A stretch of 42,912 bases of DNA. It comes from Patescibacteria group bacterium (lineage in GTDB: Bacteria > Patescibacteriota > UBA1384 > CAILIB01). The stretch lies in contig JAYRWT010000072.1 of assembly GCA_041917855.1 (NCBI GenBank), positions 1 to 42,912 of the forward strand, read 5' to 3'. A program made the position numbers and the translations under genes. Positions 7,702 to 16,047 of the stretch are shown piece by piece. Within the stretch, counting starts at the first letter, position 1; each line of letters opens with the position of its first letter. The notes below the pieces were generated by a model, which made no database searches, was not told the origin of the DNA, and saw nothing but the letters and a program-made list of their open reading frames with translations.

Positions 7702-9026
7702 GGCAGCAGCACCGCTTTCTCACCCGTCAGCTTTTCCCACCTCGCTCGGATGACCTCGGCATAAACCGGCGACTTTTCCATGATGCAGCAGCGGCGCTTC
7801 ATCTTGGTAGCTGCCATGAGGGTAGAGCCCGAACCGCCAAACGGCTCGAGGATTAAGTCTCCCCGCTTCGTTAGCACCTTGATGTACGGGATGAGAATCT
7901 CCAAGGGCTTCGTGCCGAAGATTACCCCCTGCCCCGAGCTTTTCTCATCGCTTGCGCGGTATTCAATGAAGTCGGTGGGACAAAGACCTGAACCTTTGAC
8001 GTAGTTTTCCCAGTGCGGCTTGCCGGTGATGGCAAAGAGGGCGGTTTCATACTCTTGTTGTAGCCCGTCTTCTTCCGGCTCATGGTTGTACTCAATATCT
8101 TCGGTCTTGCTAGCACCTACCATGGCAATGTCGTGTTTAGAGAAGAACTTGCGCTTGGCCGAGAAGCCTTGGTGGCGGTTCTCAATGTGCCAGACGATCA
8201 TGTTCTTCACCTTCCAGTACTTCTCCATCTCTCCCCAGATGACGCGGAGGTTCTTCCAGTTCTCATAAACGATGATGGAGAAGTGCTCTTTGGCAGCAGC
8301 ATGCACGTTCGCCATCCAGAGCTCGGTGAAGTTGTCTGGGAGGGAATCAGTTTCGAGGTAGCGGCGATTCTTCTTGGCGCCAAACCCCTCTACCCGACTC
8401 TCCCCTTTATTCACCTTGCCGTGCAGGTAGTCCAAGATATACGGTGGGTCGGTCAGGCACATGTCCGCCTTTTCGCCCTGCATGAGCTTTTCCATGTCGG
8501 CTGGCACGGTTGAGTCACCTACCAGAAGTCGGCTTTCGCCAAACGCCCAGAGCTGCCCTTTCTGCATTTCTTGCTCTTGAATGCCCAGCTTTTCTAACTC
8601 TTTCTTGAGGTCAAACTGCTCGACGTTGTGCTCAAAATCAAAGATGAGATCGAGCTCGGAAGACTTAAAGCCGATGTCAGCCAGAAAGGTTTCGTCAAAA
8701 GAGGCTAATTTTTGGTAGTCGAACTCGCCCAGGTTCTTGTTGAGCCGAATATTGAGCTCTTTCTCCTTTTCCTCAGTGAGCGAGACGAAGACGACCGGGA
8801 CTTCGGTGAAGCCAAGCTCCTTGGCGATTTCCAGGCGGAAGTGCCCGCCGATGACGATATTCTCCCGCTCAGGGTTCTTGTTGACGATGAGCGGATCGAC
8901 CATACCGAACCGCTGGATGGATTCGGTTAGTTTTTTCTTTTCTTCCTCACCCCATTTGCGCGGGTTGTATACAGCGGGGTTGAGGGTTTCGACGGGAACG
9001 TGGGTAATTTTAAGTTCAGGTTTCAT
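7698..9026 (-). CDS. ParB-like N-terminal domain fused to a beta-class N6-adenine/N4-cytosine DNA methyltransferase (A)
   Basis: YNPRKW and GGHFRL ParB/Srx-type motifs. DPPY motif IV (CLTDPPYILDY) precedes the C-terminal SAM motif I (FGGSGSTLMAA). Confidence 0.9.
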   Translation of the reverse strand: MKPELKITHVPVETLNPAVYNPRKWGEEEKKKLTESIQRFGMVDPLIVNKNPERENIVIGGHFRLEIAKELGFTEVPVVFVSLTEEKEKELNIRLNKNLGEFDYQKLASFDETFLADIGFKSSELDLIFDFEHNVEQFDLKKELEKLGIQEQEMQKGQLWAFGESRLLVGDSTVPADMEKLMQGEKADMCLTDPPYILDYLHGKVNKGESRVEGFGAKKNRRYLETDSLPDNFTELWMANVHAAAKEHFSIIVYENWKNLRVIWGEMEKYWKVKNMIVWHIENRHQGFSAKRKFFSKHDIAMVGASKTEDIEYNHEPEEDGLQQEYETALFAITGKPHWENYVKGSGLCPTDFIEYRASDEKSSGQGVIFGTKPLEILIPYIKVLTKRGDLILEPFGGSGSTLMAATKMKRRCCIMEKSPVYAEVIRARWEKLTGEKAVLLP

Positions 9027-9282
9027 AAGTTCGCATTAAATAAAAAATGCGCACCGACCACAGTAAAACAAACCTCCAAAAGAGGAATATCTAATGTGGG
9101 CATCGTGCGACACTTCTCAGTTCATACAACTTACGGCTCACGCTCCCATGGCGAGGAGGGTCCAATAATGTGAATCTGGTTGTCGGAAGCCTAAGCTTCG
9201 GAATGCCAGCGGGATACTAAGGTACTAGTGCGTTACTTCTATTATAACAGCTCAAAAAGTGTGCTTTTCGGACCTAAAATCA

Positions 9283-10506
9283 CTACTTTTTCGGGATATA
9301 CACCTTTGAGTTTACATATTGATAGAAAAATTGCTTCTTTTTTTCGTCATAGCCCATCTCTGGCGGCAACATCGCCTTTTCCTTAAGCACCTTATTTAAC
9401 ATCTCTTCTTTCTTTTTTATTACGGGGAGCAATGACTTATAGAGAAAGTCGCGCGCACGTTTATACTCTAAACCATGCCTTGAAGGATCCCCCCAGCGAA
9501 CCATATTGAAATATATTGAAGAAATTGCGGGATATGAACCTTGCTGAAGGCTCTTATCAATTTGTTCCCAAATTTGATTTAATAAAGCTTCTCTAATTTG
9601 TGAAGTTGAGTTATTACCTTCATCCAACACGTGACCGAAGGTCATTTCAGCTATTTGCCTTGCATCCTCATGCTCAGATTGTCTGCTTAGTACGTCTAAA
9701 AATTCAAAGGCTCTAAGACAGAGTGAGCCCGAGAAGTTATTGCCAAAAACGTTATCAAATTGAGGAATAACTTCTGAAGAAACAAGCCCATTCTTTTCAA
9801 TAGAAGCTCCATAGATATCAATAGATTTTTGAAAAACACTCCCGATGTCACCTAAAAATTTTCTGACGAGAACTTTTACCTCATTTGACACGTTTTCCGT
9901 ATCAGGCAAAAAACTTGCAAAGACTATTAGATTACTAAAGCCGTTTGAGAAAAACCTTGCAGTTCCAAAATTGCCCTGCGAACTTTTAGCTTCACAATAT
10001 GCCCGAACAGCTTTTTCTAAGGCCGTCGTATAAGTACTGAGGTAGTTTTCTCCATAAATATTGCTAGTCACGTTAAATGGGTAAGTATACCTTTCCCATA
10101 TGAACCCAATCTCTAGATTCAAAAAGATCTTTGGCTCAGAAAATACTGCATCAACAACAGATGCATATGAATCTATACCTCGAAAGGAAGGGGCATGTTG
10201 TAAATAAAAAAATGATTCTGGCACCCTAAATAAGTTGCCTACCATATTATTTAGAGCATCAACTGCAAACGTCTTATTCTTCACTTTGTTATCTGTAAAA
10301 CAGCTCAGCAGAAGAAAACAAAATCTTCTATGTTTTTTAACTAAATATTCTGCAATATGTCGCTCTGATGTAACACAATTCAGTAGCGCCGATGCAAATT
10401 CTGCTGACTTCGCATCTTCTGACAATCTAGCCATTGCAGGCACGTTTTGTTCTACAATCTCTAAAATTACTTCTGCGTCAGTATTTGAAAGCTCAGAAAG
10501 AAGCAC
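9283..10506 (-). CDS. Hypothetical soluble protein (407 aa) in the AT-rich cassette
   Basis: Long ORF in markedly AT-rich DNA with no motif I recognise. The annotated start is a GTG that overlaps the upstream gene by 40 nt; the next in-frame ATG is 24 codons downstream. Confidence 0.65.
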   Translation of the reverse strand: MLLSELSNTDAEVILEIVEQNVPAMARLSEDAKSAEFASALLNCVTSERHIAEYLVKKHRRFCFLLLSCFTDNKVKNKTFAVDALNNMVGNLFRVPESFFYLQHAPSFRGIDSYASVVDAVFSEPKIFLNLEIGFIWERYTYPFNVTSNIYGENYLSTYTTALEKAVRAYCEAKSSQGNFGTARFFSNGFSNLIVFASFLPDTENVSNEVKVLVRKFLGDIGSVFQKSIDIYGASIEKNGLVSSEVIPQFDNVFGNNFSGSLCLRAFEFLDVLSRQSEHEDARQIAEMTFGHVLDEGNNSTSQIREALLNQIWEQIDKSLQQGSYPAISSIYFNMVRWGDPSRHGLEYKRARDFLYKSLLPVIKKKEEMLNKVLKEKAMLPPEMGYDEKKKQFFYQYVNSKVYIPKK

Positions 10507-11075
10507 AAAATAAAATCTTTCTGCATACTTTTTACTAAAAAACTTTTACGGAAAAGGCCAACTACTACGTAGTAAATTAGTCCAGATAAAAAGCATACGT
10601 AGGCTAATACTTCCCATAATATGGGATAAGACCATTTTGGGGCCGAAATAATTCCTAAAGAGGGAAATATCGAAGCAAAAAGTGCACAAATCAACCCAAC
10701 TACACACATTCCCCAAAGAATCATTTCTGAGTATTTCCACAAGATTCGGTGCCTAATCTTCCATTTCTTGTCTGAAAGCTGATAGGCAGCAAACAAAAGA
10801 CCAACTGCTGCCAGCGCGCCACCTAAATCAAAGTAAACAGTAGGGTTCTGAGGATTATAAATACAACCACGAACAAAACTATAGGTAGAGAAAAAGCATG
10901 TCTGCCATGGGGTATTTACCGCTCCAGGAAATATTTCTGTAATGCTTTGCATTACTTTAAGAATAGCAATGCTACATAGGAATGATAGTCCATCCCACTG
11001 TCTCATTTGTCTCAGTATCAGAGTAGCTCGAAGGTTCCACAACATACCGCAACCCCCGTGATTCATCTCTGGCAC
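10467..11075 (-). CDS. Hypothetical multi-pass membrane protein (202 aa) in the AT-rich cassette
   Basis: Several hydrophobic helices. The GTG at 11075 lies 7 nt after GGAGG. Confidence 0.6.
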   Translation of the reverse strand: MPEMNHGGCGMLWNLRATLILRQMRQWDGLSFLCSIAILKVMQSITEIFPGAVNTPWQTCFFSTYSFVRGCIYNPQNPTVYFDLGGALAAVGLLFAAYQLSDKKWKIRHRILWKYSEMILWGMCVVGLICALFASIFPSLGIISAPKWSYPILWEVLAYVCFLSGLIYYVVVGLFRKSFLVKSMQKDFILCFFLSFQILTQK

Positions 11076-11096
11076 AGAATCCCCTCCAGAGTTCCC

Positions 11097-11156
11097 AGAC
11101 CGTCAAGCTCTATCGCATAGGAACAGCATCGAACCTCCCTGCTTACTCTGAAGAAC
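11097..11156. repeat. Intergenic repeat copy c1 (tRNA-fragment-like)
   Basis: AGACCGTCAAGCTCTAT...CATCGAACCT...CTTACTCTGAAG aligns along about 60 nt with copy c2. It contains a T-loop-like GGTTCGAT on the minus strand. Confidence 0.7.
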
Positions 11157-11292
11157 CTTTAGATAATACTGATAAGGTAGGTTCCACATTCACTCCGTTT
11201 TACCTAAAAGGCTTTACCAATATTACGCACAGCACAATGGGTAAAGGATACTTAAAACCGTCTTTCCCTATGCCACATGTGTTAACAGGGCG

Positions 11293-11327
11293 TTGACAAA
11301 CCAGGTTAAAACATGTATGTTTTAACC
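11293..11327 (+). promoter_or_regulatory. Near-consensus promoter overlapped by a 24-nt palindrome
   Basis: TTGACA (11293-11298), a 17-nt spacer, then TATGTT (11316-11321). The palindrome GGTTAAAACAT-gt-ATGTTTTAACC spans 11304-11327. It points toward the 3' end of the NYN gene and a bidirectional terminator-like hairpin at about 11338-11378. Confidence 0.4.
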
Positions 11328-11385
11328 ATCACCACGAAAAGGGATCCGAACGGTTAATTGCCTAAGGAGCCCTTTTCTTTTTGTA

Positions 11386-11925
11386 TTAGCGACGTATTTT
11401 CTTTTGAACCTCAGCCGCGTCTAAGGCATCAAAATATTCTGAGCCCAGTTTTTTATACAATGATGAAGCTTTGCGTTTTTCCGGGAAGAGAACTTTCGCC
11501 AACTTCTTCTGCTCAATAAGAAAATCAACGAGAAGCTTATAATCGCCATCACCAGAAACCAGTACGATCCCATCAAACTTCTCCCTCAGATACAGCCGTT
11601 TCATGACATGGAAAATAATGTCGGAATCGACATTCCCCTTTTTCTTGCCAATCATGGTTGAACTATGCTCACGAAACATGAGCACAAATCCTGCACGTTG
11701 AATCTGCTCGTACAAATCTTGGTATTCCTCATGCACTACGCCCAAAAAGTAGTACGCTGTTTCTACGTGGTACTTGTCATTAAGGTATGTCCGAAACCGA
11801 GCGAGGTCTAATTTCCAAGCATCTTTTTCACGCTTAGCAGTACCCATGTGCAGGTTCTGCCCGTCGATGAACGCAAGGTTTGATACGCTTGGTTTTTGCT
11901 TATTCATATGGTTTGAATGTACCAC
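11386..11925 (-). CDS. NYN (LabA/DUF88-like) domain protein
   Basis: FIDGQNLHMG near the N-terminus, NVDSDIIFHV, and VLVSGDGDYKLLVDFL, which are typical NYN/LabA acidic motifs. Confidence 0.8.
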   Translation of the reverse strand: MVHSNHMNKQKPSVSNLAFIDGQNLHMGTAKREKDAWKLDLARFRTYLNDKYHVETAYYFLGVVHEEYQDLYEQIQRAGFVLMFREHSSTMIGKKKGNVDSDIIFHVMKRLYLREKFDGIVLVSGDGDYKLLVDFLIEQKKLAKVLFPEKRKASSLYKKLGSEYFDALDAAEVQKKIRR

Positions 11926-12018
11926 TTTCGCGGTTTCTACGCCAGGTTCGGAGGTAAACCGTAAGACTTAGAAAACAGAGCAAGTATCTAAAGAAGCGCC
12001 AAATCACCAAAACCAATC

Positions 12019-12078
12019 AAGACCGTCACGCTCTATTTATGAAGAATGGTATCGAACCTTCTCCTTTACTCTGAAACA
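12019..12078. repeat. Intergenic repeat copy c2 (tRNA-fragment-like)
   Basis: AAGACCGTCACGCTCTAT...GGTATCGAACCTTCTCCTTTACTCTGAAAC. It shares the 17-nt core with c3 and about 60 nt with c1. Confidence 0.7.
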
Positions 12079-12202
12079 ATCGCCATATATTCCTCCAGAC
12101 GGGTTCTAGTTATATTCCGTGCACTATTGAATTCAAGTAAAAAGTCAGGAGTTATCGAGTCGATTATTGCTTCTCAAGCCGTACTCCCCCATTCGGAATT
12201 CC

Positions 12203-12211
12203 TGCTAGAAT
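12203..12211 (+). promoter_or_regulatory. Extended -10 element giving a probable leaderless CYTH mRNA
   Basis: TGCTAGAAT ends 6 nt before the ATG at 12218, and there is no Shine-Dalgarno sequence. Confidence 0.4.
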
Positions 12212-12217
12212 ACCTGT

Positions 12218-12817
12218 ATGCAAATAGAAATCGAGGCCAAGTTTACCGATATCAATCCCGCTGACCTACGGGAAAAACTCAATAGCGTAGGCGCAAGCCT
12301 TGTCCATGAAGAGCGTCTCATGCGTCGTAAGAATTACGACTACCCAGACCATAGCTTAGAGGCAAAAGGTGGATGGATTCGCGTACGAGACGAAGGTGAT
12401 CAGGTGACGCTTGCTTACAAACAACTTAATGACCGGACTCTCCACGGCACTCAGGAAGTGTCGCTTGTCGTGGAAGATTTTGACCGCATGGGACTATTTC
12501 TTACATCGGTAGGGTTCGAACTTACCGCCTATCAAGAAACCAAGCGCGAGAAGTGGATGCTCCATGATGTTGAAATAACCATCGACACCTGGCCATGGAT
12601 CCCTTCATTTTGCGAACTAGAGGGGCCAAGTGAAGATAAGGTAAAAGCTGTAGCGGCTACTTTAGGCTTTGTGTGGCAAAATGCCATGCATGGGAGCGTA
12701 GAGAACGTCTACGTCATGCACTATGCTGTAACTGAACTTGAGGTATGCAGCTGGCCAAAGATTACTTTTGATCCCGTGCCTACTGAAGTTGAGGCAAAGC
12801 GAATTACCCGATCTTAG
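12218..12817 (+). CDS. CYTH-domain protein (class IV adenylate cyclase / triphosphate tunnel metalloenzyme family)
   Basis: N-terminal EIEAKF (ExExK) signature and overall CyaB/CYTH-like length and pattern. Confidence 0.8.
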   Translation: MQIEIEAKFTDINPADLREKLNSVGASLVHEERLMRRKNYDYPDHSLEAKGGWIRVRDEGDQVTLAYKQLNDRTLHGTQEVSLVVEDFDRMGLFLTSVGFELTAYQETKREKWMLHDVEITIDTWPWIPSFCELEGPSEDKVKAVAATLGFVWQNAMHGSVENVYVMHYAVTELEVCSWPKITFDPVPTEVEAKRITRS

Positions 12818-12900
12818 CTCATATAAGGTTCTATCCGATACTTTAAGGCTTGGAATACGCTTTATATATCTATGGAAGCCCCAAACCCGTCAATTCAGTC

Positions 12901-12917
12901 AAGACCGTCACGCTCTA
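12901..12917. repeat. Intergenic repeat copy c3 (17-nt core only)
   Basis: AAGACCGTCACGCTCTA is identical to the c2 core. On the minus strand the flank reads like a degenerate tRNA 5' half (GCGGAAC..GGTAGAGCGTGACGGTCTTGA). Confidence 0.65.
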
Positions 12918-12968
12918 CCAAATTGCAATTAGTTCCGCATTCCCATTTGCTATCAGGGAAAACGAGAG

Positions 12969-12996
12969 GCTCCGAGAAATCGGGGCTTTTCGTTTT
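12969..12996 (+). terminator. Rho-independent terminator
   Basis: GCTCCGA-gaaa-TCGGGGC (7 bp including one G-U), followed by TTTTCGTTTTT. Confidence 0.65.
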
Positions 12997-13196
12997 TAAC
13001 CTGATTTTGCTCCTGATAAATGACTTAACTTCCGAGTTAGTTGAGCCATATTATCAAGTTCTGAAAAGTTCGATTCCCTTTCCCTGTAAGGCCTAGTTTG
13101 CCTATTTGGTTCCACCCGCACTCTTTGCTTGAAGCCACATAATACAAGGTAGACGTATCCACCTAAATCAGCCCCGCACCAACCTTACCCTCAGTT

Positions 13197-13586
13197 CTAG
13201 ACCGCTTTCCTTTCCTTGATATCCATCAGTGAAGCCAGCGGGACGAGAATTGTCAGCTGCATCAGGGGAAGCAGCCCTACGCCTCCGATCATCGGCATAT
13301 TGGAGCTGTACGACCACATTCCCAAGCCTTGGGCGGCCAATTCAAAAAATAATGCCGTCACCCCTCCCCCAATTCCAAGCACGCACAGCTTAAATGGCGT
13401 ACCGCCCTTCATCTTATTAACTATCGCCAAGAGAACCACGGTAACTACCGCATCAACAAGCGATGCCAGCAGGTGCATGGGAACATGCGCCCAAAACCCT
13501 TCATAACCCGCATAGAGGGGCATTTGGCTATTTTCCCATACAAAGTTAAGCAAGTAGGCAATAACAAACGTCCTACCCAATTTCAT
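13197..13586 (-). CDS. Hypothetical integral membrane protein (129 aa)
   Basis: Four hydrophobic segments. It is the last gene of the minus-strand copper cluster. Confidence 0.6.
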   Translation of the reverse strand: MKLGRTFVIAYLLNFVWENSQMPLYAGYEGFWAHVPMHLLASLVDAVVTVVLLAIVNKMKGGTPFKLCVLGIGGGVTALFFELAAQGLGMWSYSSNMPMIGGVGLLPLMQLTILVPLASLMDIKERKAV

Positions 13587-13589
13587 GCC

Positions 13590-13781
13590 CTAGTTATTCC
13601 GCTTATTTACCCGGAACATTCCCCAGGCATGCAGCACTAAGCCTATGGCCATGATTACGATTGCCCAGGTCTGGTTGAAGTACTGCTGCAGCAGGATGCC
13701 AAGCCCGAAGGCGATAAAGCTTGCCCCAAAGACCGAGGCTTCGTATTCAAAGGTGGTCGCGTGAGTAAGGTGGTTTTTCAT
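13590..13781 (-). CDS. Small two-TM membrane protein (63 aa)
   Basis: Two hydrophobic helices. Its start overlaps the stop of the upstream mini-ORF (ATGA). Confidence 0.55.
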   Translation of the reverse strand: MKNHLTHATTFEYEASVFGASFIAFGLGILLQQYFNQTWAIVIMAIGLVLHAWGMFRVNKRNN

Positions 13782-13882
13782 GATACGAGTTTAATTACGA
13801 TATAAATTCCTAAACCGATAAGAACAATCCAGCAGAACCAGTACATGAACTGCTCGTAGGTGGTGCGCTTCCCTTTCGCCAT
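13778..13882 (-). CDS. Mini-ORF encoding a 34-aa single-TM peptide (not in the ORF track)
   Basis: Reads MAKGKRTTYEQFMYWFCWIVLIGLGIYIVIKLVS. AGGAGGAAT lies directly upstream of the ATG at 13882, and its stop overlaps the next ATG. Confidence 0.5.
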   Translation of the reverse strand: MAKGKRTTYEQFMYWFCWIVLIGLGIYIVIKLVS

Positions 13883-13903
13883 ATTCCTCCTTTGTTAGGT
13901 TTG

Positions 13904-16039
13904 TTAAATCGCCGCTAAGCTGCGCTCAGACCGTTTCAGAAGCACGGCATTGGTCGCCACGATAATCGATGAGACGCTCATCAGCAGGGCCGCAACCTCA
14001 GGCCTGAGCATGACGCCGAAGTTCGGGTACAGGAGGCCCGCGGCGATAGGGATAGCCAGCAAATTATAAATGGAGGCCCAGAAGAGGTTCTGCTTCATCT
14101 TGGCAACTGTCGCTTTTGACAGCACGATGGCCCGCAGGATGTCCTTTGGATCGGATTTCATCAGTACCACCTTGGCCGTCTCGATGGCCACGTCAGTTCC
14201 CGCTCCGATGGCGATGCCAATATTGGCCTGGGCCAAGGCCGGGGCATCGTTTACCCCGTCGCCCACCATGGCCACGAACTTACCCTCGTCCTGCAGCTTC
14301 TTCACGTAGCTCGCCTTATCGGCAGGCATTACCTCTGCAAATACACGCTTAATCCCCAGTTCCTTAGCTACCCGATCTGCTGTCTTCTGGTTGTCGCCGG
14401 TAATCATGGCCGTCTCAATACCCAGCTCGTGCAGCTTGGCGATAGCCTCCTTTGCTGACGGCTTTATGGGGTCGGACGCCCCCACTACTCCGGCAGCGTT
14501 CCCCTCAACCGCGAGGATCATCAGCGTCTCACCCTTTCCAAGCAGCTCATTGATACTGCTTTCCAGCTCCGAGATCTCCACACCGTTTTCTTTCATGAGA
14601 CGGGTAGTGCCGATAAGGACGGATCGGCCGTCCACTACCGCCTTCACGCCTAGCCCCGAGAGATTCTCAAAGTTTTCAACACTCTCGTAGAGGTCCAAGC
14701 GCCGCCGCTCTACTTCTTCCAGCACCGCTTTACTCAGTGGATGCCCCGACTTGGCCTCGGCGCCTCCCACCAGCCTCAAAAGTTCGTTGTCCGTGGTCTT
14801 GCCAACCGAGAATACGCTCGTGACCTTGGGCTTGCCTTCGGTCAGCGTCCCGGTTTTGTCGAGCACCACGGCCTGGACTTTTGAAACTTGCTCAAGGGTT
14901 GGCGCGTCTTTAATTAAGATGTTGTGCTTGGCTCCGATTCCCGTCCCAACTGCCACAGCAGTCGGGGTTGCCAACCCCAAGGCATCCGGACAGGCGATGA
15001 CCACGGTAGCAATGGCAAAGGTAAGCGCGGTCATTACCTCCGCTCCTGAGAAATACCAGATGAGGAAGGTAAGGAGTCCGCCTCCTACCGCCACGATCAC
15101 TAGGTATTTTGCCCATTGGTCGGCCAGTTTCTGTCCCGGCGCTTTGGAATTCTGGGCGGTTTCCACCATCTTCACGATCTGGGCGAGCGCCGTGTCTTCC
15201 CCGACCTTGGTCGCCTTGAATGTGACCGAACCGGTCTGGTTGATCGATCCTCCGGTTACCGAATCACCTGGTTTCTTAGCAACGGGCACAGACTCGCCGG
15301 TTACCAACGACTCATCAATCGAGGTCTCGCCTTCAATGATTTCTCCGTCCACCGGCACCTTATCTCCAGGCTTGAGGATTACGTGATCGCCAAGCAGTAC
15401 CTCGGCGGTAGGAACCATGATTTCTTTGCCGTCCCTATGCACCCTGGCCTGAGGCGGCACCAAGGAAAAGAGTGCCTGTAGGGCGTCGGTAGTTCCCCGG
15501 CGCGACTTCATCTCCATCCAGTGGCCAAAGAGCACGAAGGTAGTCAGCATGGCCGCCGCCTCGTAGTAGGACTCCTCGCTTCCCAAAAGCGTCAGCACGA
15601 TGCTGAAGAAGTACGCCGCCGAGATTCCTACCGCAATCAGCACCGACATGTTGAGGTTCTTTTCCTTGAGCGCGAAATAGCTCGAATACAGGAAAAGCCA
15701 GCCGGCATAGAAGAACACCGGGGTAGCGAGTAAAAAGAGGAGCCAGGGCACCGGAATGGGACTTGGCAGCTGCAGGCCCAGGAGCATCGAGCCCATAGGC
15801 GAGTACAAAACGATTGGAACGGTCAGGATAAGCGAGAAAAAGAACTTGCGGCGAATATCCTCTTCCATCATTTTGGCCATTTCTCTCCCCGCCAAACCGG
15901 TATGGTCCATCCCCATGGTCATGGTCATGCTCGCCTTGAACCTGCCCCACCAACCGGTGGGAGTCTCCATATGGTGATGGTGCCCCGAATGGGAAGGCTC
16001 TACCTCATGATGATGCTGGCTGTGATCGTGGTGCTCCAT
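13904..16039 (-). CDS. copB: P1B-type heavy-metal ATPase, CopB-like, with a His-rich N-terminus and a CPD transmembrane motif
   Basis: The N-terminus is MEHHDHSQHHHEVEPSHSGHHHH. DKTGTLT, GDGVNDAPAL and TGES are present. The TM6 motif reads ACPDALGLATP (codons at 14984-14992). GGAGGA precedes the ATG. Confidence 0.9.
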   Translation of the reverse strand: MEHHDHSQHHHEVEPSHSGHHHHMETPTGWWGRFKASMTMTMGMDHTGLAGREMAKMMEEDIRRKFFFSLILTVPIVLYSPMGSMLLGLQLPSPIPVPWLLFLLATPVFFYAGWLFLYSSYFALKEKNLNMSVLIAVGISAAYFFSIVLTLLGSEESYYEAAAMLTTFVLFGHWMEMKSRRGTTDALQALFSLVPPQARVHRDGKEIMVPTAEVLLGDHVILKPGDKVPVDGEIIEGETSIDESLVTGESVPVAKKPGDSVTGGSINQTGSVTFKATKVGEDTALAQIVKMVETAQNSKAPGQKLADQWAKYLVIVAVGGGLLTFLIWYFSGAEVMTALTFAIATVVIACPDALGLATPTAVAVGTGIGAKHNILIKDAPTLEQVSKVQAVVLDKTGTLTEGKPKVTSVFSVGKTTDNELLRLVGGAEAKSGHPLSKAVLEEVERRRLDLYESVENFENLSGLGVKAVVDGRSVLIGTTRLMKENGVEISELESSINELLGKGETLMILAVEGNAAGVVGASDPIKPSAKEAIAKLHELGIETAMITGDNQKTADRVAKELGIKRVFAEVMPADKASYVKKLQDEGKFVAMVGDGVNDAPALAQANIGIAIGAGTDVAIETAKVVLMKSDPKDILRAIVLSKATVAKMKQNLFWASIYNLLAIPIAAGLLYPNFGVMLRPEVAALLMSVSSIIVATNAVLLKRSERSLAAI

Positions 16040-16047
16040 TCATCCTC

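Noticed and set aside
10467-10506. Programmed frameshift joining the 202-aa membrane ORF to the 407-aa ORF.
   Set aside because: No convincing slippery heptamer plus downstream structure was seen. A simple overlap with a GTG start, or an indel, is equally possible. This is kept only as a note inside the cassette finding.
12860-13100. A possible tRNA gene, suggested by a minus-strand GCGGAAC...GGTAGAGCG...TCTTGA fragment and a plus-strand GTTCGATTCCC fragment.
   Set aside because: No complete cloverleaf can be drawn. The D-stem and anticodon-stem partners are missing, and there is no matching acceptor 3' strand. I treat these as tRNA-derived scars, not a gene.
14070-15953. Many 60-210 aa ORFs antisense to or out of frame with the copB-like gene (for example 14751-15386 and 15435-15953). 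Similar ORFs lie inside copA (20472-22773), the HMA-cupredoxin gene (18411-19286), terL (26878-27765) and the TerS-like gene (28575-28985).
   Set aside because: They are shadow ORFs of GC-rich, strongly supported genes. They have low-complexity Arg/Pro/Gly-rich translations, no RBS and no recognisable motifs.
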